Below are positions 46,753 to 53,065 of a stretch of DNA of 53,065 nucleotides, piece by piece. How positions within the stretch are numbered: position 1 is the first letter of the stretch; every line of letters begins with the position of its first letter. A program made the translations under genes and the position numbers. Origin of the DNA: an uncultured Lichenihabitans sp. (lineage in GTDB: Bacteria > Pseudomonadota > Alphaproteobacteria > Rhizobiales > Beijerinckiaceae); the NCBI GenBank assembly GCA_964249275.1, contig CAXUCF010000001.1, forward strand, positions 1 to 53,065, in the 5' to 3' direction. The notes beneath the pieces are model-generated. The model worked only from the letters and a program-made list of their open reading frames with translations. It was not told where the DNA came from and did no database searches.

Positions 46753-48285
46753 GTGGTGACGAGCGTGCCGAGCCCGGCGTTGGAGATGAACCTCATATCA
46801 AAGTCGTTTCCCGGCGTACGGGCGCTGGAAGACGTAAGCTTCGACTGCCACACCGGCGAGGTTCACGCCATTTGCGGCGAGAACGGCGCTGGCAAGTCTA
46901 CTCTGATGAAGATTCTGGGCGGCATACACCGGCCGGATACGGGCGAGATCCGCATCAAGGGCCAGCCCGCGGCTTTCGGGCACCCCGTCGAGGCCCGGCG
47001 CGCTGGCATCGGCATCATTCACCAGGAACTCAGCCTGCTGCCGTATCGCACGGTCGCCGAGAACATCGCGCTCGGGCAGGAGCCGGCCCGTTTCGGTGTG
47101 CTCGACCGTGCCGCCATGCGCCGGCGGGCGGAGAGGATCCTGCACCGCCTCGAGTCACCCGTTGCGCTCGACAGCCGTGCCGGGATCCTGTCCGTGGCCG
47201 AGCAGCAGATGGTGGAGATCGCCAAGGCGCTGGCGAGCGAGCCGCGCATCCTCATCATGGACGAGCCCACGGCCGCGCTCGACGTTAAGGAGGCTGCGCA
47301 CCTGCTTGCCCTGGTGCGCCGGCTGCGCGCCGAAGGCGTCGCGGTGATCTACGTGTCGCACCGCATGCCCGAGATCGCGGCGATCTCGGACCGGGTCACC
47401 GTGCTCAAAGACGGGCGAAAGATCCTGACGGACCGCACTGCCGCCATGCCGGTGGAGCGGCTTGTCCGCGCGATGGTGGGCCGCGACCTCGCCGAGTTCT
47501 TCCCTCCCCGCGGCACGGAGGCCGGCGCCGTGCTGCTGGAGATTCGGGGCGGCGGCAACGCCGTGCTGACGGACATCGACCTGACGGTCCGGTGCGGCGA
47601 GATCATGGGCGTGGCCGGGCTGGAGGGCGCGGGCAAGTCGGCTCTAGGGCGTGCCATCATCGGCGACCAGCCTTTCACGCGCGGAACCATGCGGCTCAAC
47701 GGGCAGCCCTACGCGCCCCGCAGGAGCCGGGACGGCATCCGCGGCGGGGCCGGGTTCCTGCCCGATGACCGCAAGCGCGAAGGCCTCACCCTCGGCCAGT
47801 CGCTGCGGGACAATGCGGCCCTGACGCTGCGCGCCTTCGCTCGAGCCCTGACGTGGCCCTACGCCCGGCCCATGACGAGGACGGCCCTGGACCGTATAAT
47901 GCGCGATCTCGATGTGCGCGCGGCGCGCTTTGACGATCCCGTCAGCGTGTTGTCGGGCGGCAACCAGCAGAAGGTCATCATTGCCCGCTGGCTCGCCCGC
48001 GACCCCTCCCTGCTCGTCTTCGCCGAGCCGACGCGCGGCGTCGATATCGCGGCCAAGGCCGCCATCTACGCGATCATGCGCGACCTCGCCGAGCGCGGTC
48101 GGGGCATCGTGATGATCTCCTCGGACCTTCCAGAGATCATCGGGGTTAGCGACCGCATTGTGGTCATGCACGAGGGCCGCATCGCGGGCGAGCTGCCCGC
48201 CGGCGTGAGCGAGGAGGCGGTCATGACCCTCGCGGTCGGCCATCACGACAGGGCCAATACCCGAGCGCCGGGGAGCGTCGGGTGA
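46753..48285 (+). CDS. Sugar ABC transporter ATP-binding protein (two NBDs)
   Basis: GENGAGKST, MDEPTAAL, LSGGNQQK, EPTRGVD. Confidence 0.95.
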   Translation: MVTSVPSPALEMNLISKSFPGVRALEDVSFDCHTGEVHAICGENGAGKSTLMKILGGIHRPDTGEIRIKGQPAAFGHPVEARRAGIGIIHQELSLLPYRTVAENIALGQEPARFGVLDRAAMRRRAERILHRLESPVALDSRAGILSVAEQQMVEIAKALASEPRILIMDEPTAALDVKEAAHLLALVRRLRAEGVAVIYVSHRMPEIAAISDRVTVLKDGRKILTDRTAAMPVERLVRAMVGRDLAEFFPPRGTEAGAVLLEIRGGGNAVLTDIDLTVRCGEIMGVAGLEGAGKSALGRAIIGDQPFTRGTMRLNGQPYAPRRSRDGIRGGAGFLPDDRKREGLTLGQSLRDNAALTLRAFARALTWPYARPMTRTALDRIMRDLDVRAARFDDPVSVLSGGNQQKVIIARWLARDPSLLVFAEPTRGVDIAAKAAIYAIMRDLAERGRGIVMISSDLPEIIGVSDRIVVMHEGRIAGELPAGVSEEAVMTLAVGHHDRANTRAPGSVG

Positions 48286-49256
48286 CCCTCGCACTCAATC
48301 AGCCTTCTCGGCGGCGATCAATTTCGACCCCGCTGCTTCTGTTACTCGGCTCCGTGGCGCTCTACGTGGGTGCGGCCGCGTGGACAGACTCGCTGAACCA
48401 GCTCGACCTCGTAGGCGTCGTCGGCCTGCTCCAACGCATGGTCGCGCTCGGCACGGTTGCTTTGGGCCAGACGCTCGCAATCCTGTGCGGCTCGATCGAC
48501 CTTTCGGTCGGCAGCACGATCAGCGCAGCGGCGGTGCTGGCCTCCTTCATCATGCGCGGCGACCCCGCCCTGATCGCGCCGGCCGTGCTCGCCGTGCTGC
48601 TGGTGTCGGCGGCGATCGGCGCCCTCAACGGGCTTGTGATCGCGCGGCTGCGGGTCAGCCCGCTTATCGCCACGCTCGGCTCCGGGCTCATCCTGCAGGG
48701 CGTGCTATCCGCCAACTTCAACAATTTCGCGGGGTCGGTTCCGCCGGTTTTCGAAAGCGTAGCCTATGGCTTTGCCGGCCCGATTCCCTGGTCCGTGCTC
48801 GCCCTGTTCGTGCTTGCGGCCGCCACGGCGTGGTTGCTGCGCAGCACGCGGTTCGGCGCCCACGTCTATGCGGTTGGCGGCAATGCCGCTGGATCGCGCC
48901 TTGCCGGGATTCGGACCCATTGGGTGCTGGTGCAGGCCCACGTGCTGTGCAGCCTCTTTGCGGGCCTGACCGGCCTGTACCTGGCAAGCCGCCTCCGCTC
49001 CGGCGCACCCTGGATCGGCCGCGACGGCGTGTACGACCTCGAGTCCATCGCGGTCGTGGTGATCGGCGGCACGCTGCTCACGGGCGGACGGGGTGGGGTG
49101 TGGGGCACGATTGCCGGCGTCCTGCTGTTCGCGGTGATCGACGCCTCCTTCAACATGCTTGGGGTGCCGGCGTTCCCCAAGCTGGTGATCCGCGGCGTCA
49201 TCGTCGTCGCCGCCGTTGCGCTATACTCGATGCGTATGAAGGGGCACGCGGCATGA
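48282..49256 (+). CDS. Sugar ABC transporter permease
   Basis: SIDLSVG, PLIATLG, YDLESIAVVVIGGT.L.GGRG. Confidence 0.93.
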   Translation: MTLALNQPSRRRSISTPLLLLLGSVALYVGAAAWTDSLNQLDLVGVVGLLQRMVALGTVALGQTLAILCGSIDLSVGSTISAAAVLASFIMRGDPALIAPAVLAVLLVSAAIGALNGLVIARLRVSPLIATLGSGLILQGVLSANFNNFAGSVPPVFESVAYGFAGPIPWSVLALFVLAAATAWLLRSTRFGAHVYAVGGNAAGSRLAGIRTHWVLVQAHVLCSLFAGLTGLYLASRLRSGAPWIGRDGVYDLESIAVVVIGGTLLTGGRGGVWGTIAGVLLFAVIDASFNMLGVPAFPKLVIRGVIVVAAVALYSMRMKGHAA

Positions 49257-50242
49257 CCATCGCGCTACCCGGCCCGGCGCCCCGCCAGCATGCGGCCTCG
49301 GTTGCCCGCCACCTGAACGTAGGGGTCGTGATCTTCGTCGTGCTGTTCGCGGCGGTGGCGCTCAAGCAGCCTTCCTACCTGGAGCTGGCCGGCTTCATGA
49401 ACTTCCTGCGCCGGGCCGCGCCCCTAGCGATTCTGGCCTCGGGCCAGGTGTTCGTCATCGTGGCGGGGGGCTTCGATCTGTCGGTCGGCTCGCTCGTTAC
49501 CCTGAGCGTCATCGGCGCATCCATGATTACGGGGGGCGACCCCGCGCTGACCGGGGGCGCGCTCGCGGCCCTGTACGGCATGGGGCTGGCCGTCGGGCTG
49601 ATCAACGGCCTATCGGTCGCCTATCTCAAGGTCCCGTCCATCATCGTCACCCTCGGCACCCTGTTGTCGGTGAACGGCGTCGCGTTGATGTGGTCGGGCG
49701 GCTCGCCGCGCGGCTACCTGCCGGACAACTTCCGGATTTTCGGCCGCTTGGTGTTCCACCAAGTGCCCGTGGTCGGCCAGTTGCCGCTCTCGGTGCTCGT
49801 GCTGGTCGCCGCCGCCGCGCTGGCTTGGTGGGCGCTGCACGGCACCGTCTTCGGCCGGCGCGTCTTCGCCGTCGGCGACAACGCGCGGGCGGCCGAGCTC
49901 GCCGGAATCAGGATCGAAGCGACCCGCATCGTGGTTTTCGTCATCTCGGCCCTGAGCGCGGTCACGGCCGGGATCCTGCTCGGCGGCTTCGGCGGCGTGT
50001 CGACCGACGTCGGGCAAGGGCTTGAGCTTCAGGCCATCGCGGCGTGCGTGGTGGGCGGCGCCCGGCTGATGGGCGGCCGGGGCAGTGTCGTAGGGGTGGT
50101 GTTCGGCGCGCTCAGCCTGTTCGCGCTGTTCACGCTGCTGAACCTGCTTGGCCTGCCGCAGGCGCTGCGCGACACCGCCCAAGGTGTCATTCTGATCTCG
50201 GCCGTGGCGTCCAGCGCCTTGCGCCAACGCACGGACGAGTGA
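49253..50242 (+). CDS. Sugar ABC transporter permease
   Basis: ATG 49253 (ATGA overlap); GGFDLSVGS, VPSIIVTLG, ELQAIAACVVGG. Confidence 0.93.
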   Translation: MTIALPGPAPRQHAASVARHLNVGVVIFVVLFAAVALKQPSYLELAGFMNFLRRAAPLAILASGQVFVIVAGGFDLSVGSLVTLSVIGASMITGGDPALTGGALAALYGMGLAVGLINGLSVAYLKVPSIIVTLGTLLSVNGVALMWSGGSPRGYLPDNFRIFGRLVFHQVPVVGQLPLSVLVLVAAAALAWWALHGTVFGRRVFAVGDNARAAELAGIRIEATRIVVFVISALSAVTAGILLGGFGGVSTDVGQGLELQAIAACVVGGARLMGGRGSVVGVVFGALSLFALFTLLNLLGLPQALRDTAQGVILISAVASSALRQRTDE

Positions 50243-50288
50243 CAAGGGCGGCCCTGCAAACCGCCGACACAAGAGGAAGGGAACACCG

Positions 50289-51419
50289 ATGAAATCGATG
50301 GCATTGCTTTGCGGCGTCGCGGCGCTGGCCTTGGCCGCGTCAGACGCCGGCGCGCAGGAGTTCAACAGCCAGAAAGACTTCGACTACGCCCAGGAACTGC
50401 TGAAGATGTCGCAGCAGGGTCCCGAGGGCAAACCCTGGGAGCAGAACCTCGGCGGTCACACGATCGACACGTCCAAGTACAAGAAGCCCGGCCCCTACAA
50501 CATCTGCTTCTCGAATGCGGGGGTCGACAATCCGTGGCGCGTCGTCGGGTGGACCGACATGCAGGCCCAGGTCGACCTGCTGAAGTCTGACATCAAGAGC
50601 TTCACGGCGGCCGACGCCGGCGGCAAGGACGACAAGCAGATCTCCGACATCAACGCTTTCGTGTCGAGCGGCAAGTGCGACGCCCTGATCGTCTCGCCGA
50701 ACACCACGGCGGCCCTCACACCTGCCGTCGAGGCAGCGTGCAAGAAGCTGCCTGTGGTGGTGTTCGACCGCGGCGTGCAGACCGACTGCCCGGTCACTTT
50801 CGTCAACCCGATCGGCGGCTACGGTTGGGGAATCACTACCGCGGCGTTCATTGCCAGCAAGCTGCCCAAGGGCGGCAAGGTGCTGGGCCTGCGCATCCTA
50901 CCCGGCGTGGACGTGCTGGAGAACCGGTGGGCCGCGGCGGACCGCATCTTCAAGGCGAACAACGTCAACGTGGTGGGCGCGGAGTTCACCGGCGGCGACA
51001 ACGCCAAGACCAAGGCCATAGTCGAGGACTACATCAACCGCTTCGGCAAGATCGACGCTATCTGGATGGATGCGGGCGCGACCGCGGTTGCAGCCATCGA
51101 GGCCTTCGAGGACGCCGGCCAGCCCTATCCGATCATCACGGGCGAGGACCAGGAGGACTTCCTGACCGCTTGGAAAAAAGACAAGCTGACCGCCTTCGCG
51201 CCGACCTATCCCACCTATCAGTGGCGCTCGCCCGTGATCGCAGCCGTCAAGATCCTGAAGGGTGAGCCGGTGATCGGCCCGACCTGGAAGCTGCCGCAGC
51301 CCGTGATCACCCAGGACACGCTCGACAAGTACGTGGATCCCAACATGCCGCCGCTGCACTATGCCATGTGTGGCTGCCAGGACATGCCCGGCTATCCGCA
51401 GCGCTGGGGCGGCAAGTAG
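50289..51419 (+). CDS. Sugar ABC transporter substrate-binding protein
   Basis: Signal peptide; KKPGPYNICFSNAGVDNPWR, DALIVSPN, VVVFDRG. Confidence 0.93.
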   Translation: MKSMALLCGVAALALAASDAGAQEFNSQKDFDYAQELLKMSQQGPEGKPWEQNLGGHTIDTSKYKKPGPYNICFSNAGVDNPWRVVGWTDMQAQVDLLKSDIKSFTAADAGGKDDKQISDINAFVSSGKCDALIVSPNTTAALTPAVEAACKKLPVVVFDRGVQTDCPVTFVNPIGGYGWGITTAAFIASKLPKGGKVLGLRILPGVDVLENRWAAADRIFKANNVNVVGAEFTGGDNAKTKAIVEDYINRFGKIDAIWMDAGATAVAAIEAFEDAGQPYPIITGEDQEDFLTAWKKDKLTAFAPTYPTYQWRSPVIAAVKILKGEPVIGPTWKLPQPVITQDTLDKYVDPNMPPLHYAMCGCQDMPGYPQRWGGK

Positions 51420-51426
51420 ACGAATC

Positions 51427-51455
51427 GGTCGGGGGTGCCGGCGGCACCCCCGACC
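51427..51455. terminator. Strong hairpin between convergent genes (probable terminator)
   Basis: GGTCGGGGGTGCCG-G-CGGCACCCCCGACC, perfect 14-bp arms starting 8 nt after the SBP stop. The U-tail is weak. Confidence 0.75.
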
Positions 51456-51480
51456 TTGCCGGACAACCTAGCCCTCACCG

Positions 51481-52326
51481 TCAGGCGAAGATGCGGCGCA
51501 GGTGCGCCAGCCCGTCCGTCGCGAGCGCATCCTCGCTCGCCGCGAGCGGGCGCCATAAGGAAACGGCCCGGGCGATCTCCTTGATCTTAGGCGTGAAGGC
51601 CTCGATCACGACCGGCCCGTCGAAGCCCGTCTCGCGCAACACCGCCGCAATGGCGGGCCAGGGCAGGTGATCCTCTCCTGGCGTGCCCCGATCGCTCGAA
51701 CAGGCGTGGAACTCGACGATATGCCGGCCGGCTCTGCGGATCGCCGCCGGGACATCCTTCTCCTCAATGTTCATGTGGAACGTGTCGAGCAGGAAGCCGA
51801 CGTTCGGGCGTCCGATGTCGGCGATGAGCTTCAGACCCTGGTCGACAGTGTTGACGAGGTCCGTCTCGAAGCGGTTCAGTGGCTCGAAGGCAAGGGTCAC
51901 GCCGCAGCTCGCGGCGTGGTCGGCGGCACCCGCAAGACCCGCAACCGCGCGGTCCCACTGAGCCTGCCGGTCCGGCCCGTCGCGCATCGCGGTGGCTCCC
52001 ACGCCGGCATACATCGGGCCGGACACGCTGCGGCTGCCGAGCCGCGCGGCGAGGTCGACGCAGGTCCTAAGATATTGCGCTGCCTGGGCGCGGACCGCCG
52101 GGTCGGCCGAACTCATGTCCCGGTTCGGCCCGAAGGCGCCGCACACGAGGCAGTCAATCGCGCAGGTGGACAGCCGCCCGCGGATAAGATCGACCTCGAT
52201 CCTGGCCGGGTCCTCGACGCAGATCTCGATGAGGTCAAAGCCGAAGTCTTTTACCTTGTCGATTAAATCCAGGGTGCCCGACCCGAAGGGCGAGACCCAG
52301 ATGAACGTACTCGCGCCGAACTGCAT
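51481..52326 (-). CDS. Ketose 3-epimerase family (D-psicose/D-tagatose 3-epimerase-like) TIM-barrel protein
   Basis: EPLNRFE, LDTFHMNIEE, HAC..DRG.PG and IEAF supply the E/D/H/E metal ligands of the family. Confidence 0.88.
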   Translation of the reverse strand: MQFGASTFIWVSPFGSGTLDLIDKVKDFGFDLIEICVEDPARIEVDLIRGRLSTCAIDCLVCGAFGPNRDMSSADPAVRAQAAQYLRTCVDLAARLGSRSVSGPMYAGVGATAMRDGPDRQAQWDRAVAGLAGAADHAASCGVTLAFEPLNRFETDLVNTVDQGLKLIADIGRPNVGFLLDTFHMNIEEKDVPAAIRRAGRHIVEFHACSSDRGTPGEDHLPWPAIAAVLRETGFDGPVVIEAFTPKIKEIARAVSLWRPLAASEDALATDGLAHLRRIFA

Positions 52327-53065
52327 GCGCCTTCTCTCCGGCGGTTGATACCGCGCCTACAGCAAGCTGCGGGGCCGCGACCTCGTCAAGCCGCGTGTGC
52401 TGCTGCGGCTGAGTTTCGCGCGCCAGCCGTGACGAACCCTGAAGGTTGGTCAGGGGCGGAGTCGAAGTCGACCAGGAGAGCGATGCCGCGCGCCGTCCGC
52501 TGCTCCAGGGCCCAACCTCCTGCGCACTCGCAGCGAACATCGGTAAGCTGCACGTCGTGCCGAGACCGAGGCGACTCTGGATCGTGAGCGCCCCGTTCAG
52601 CTGCGACGCAAGGCCGTGATCGATGGAGCAGATCGACTTCAATGTGCGCCGAGCCGAAGGTCTGCTTCCTGGCTCGAAGCCAATGTCCGCTGTTGGCGCA
52701 AACTAGTAATTCGCCTCTCGAGCACGACGGCGGGGTGCTGAGGGTTGATTGAGACATCGGCAGCGGTCTCGTCCTTGGCCTCGTTCTTTGCAGCGGAGCA
52801 GAACGAACCGCTCTCGATGGACCAGGTGCACGCAGTCCCCGGGTGAGTCACCATTCCAGGCCTGTCGCCGCCATGATCGGCGAGGCCGCGAGAAACTTGC
52901 CGCGCCATCGTCCTTTTCGACTGGACTACGCTGCCGTTGCGAGCATTGCTGCGCCTGTCCCGAGGCGGGGCACGACGCTCCCGCAGCCCGCACCTCACCC
53001 GACCGCCTAGCAGAGCCATGAGCAACACGCATTCAAATACCCCAGCCGGTAAGGCCGGCATCCTT

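Noticed and set aside
48010-48045. Walker B variant FAEPTRG in the second NBD of the ABC ATPase
   Set aside because: The second domain of two-NBD sugar ATPases is commonly degenerate and the first domain is canonical.
52330-53065. Short ORFs at the window end, including a possible start at 53018
   Set aside because: No recognisable protein motifs; the last one is truncated after 16 codons.
1-53065. CRISPR array, tRNA/rRNA genes, riboswitches
   Set aside because: I saw no regularly spaced repeats, cloverleaf or rRNA-like sequence by eye. A covariance-model scan (Rfam, tRNAscan) would be needed to exclude small RNAs.

Overview
A high-GC window that looks alphaproteobacterial (inferred from gene content and codon style) and falls into four parts. 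(1) 1-2.1 kb: a truncated NitT/TauT-type substrate-binding gene divergent from a LysR regulator. The LysR 3' end runs into a decayed xanthine-dehydrogenase-like remnant on the opposite strand. (2) 2.2-11.1 kb: a decaying defence island. It holds a PD-(D/E)xK nuclease broken by an in-frame TAG, an XRE/controller-like HTH and a type I R-M operon (hsdM frameshift plus nonsense codon, hsdS frameshift, hsdR full length but Walker A GSGKS->GSCKS). An intact DUF433/DUF5615(PIN) toxin-antitoxin pair sits between hsdS and hsdR. (3) 11.2-13.8 kb: an intact tyrosine recombinase plus IS91-type Y2 HUH transposase, bracketed by 14-bp imperfect direct repeats. Related degenerate GTCCGC..TGGC motifs recur at several module boundaries in the window. 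(4) 14.2-52.3 kb: a dense catabolic region with five CUT2 sugar ABC transporters and GntR/DeoR/LacI regulators with candidate operators. It also carries many poorly understood enzymes: two BtpA/SgcQ, three PfkB kinases, a phosphotriesterase homologue, TenA, a YhfX-type PLP enzyme, a GATase1-like protein, a NodB-type deacetylase, an M42-like hydrolase, two amidases, AtzH/HpxZ, a cupin and a ketose 3-epimerase. The best candidates for undescribed biology are the BtpA/PfkB/PTE/TenA/YhfX pathway of unknown substrate and the integrase-Y2 transposase unit with its dispersed repeats. All calls come from reading motifs by eye; no searches were run.
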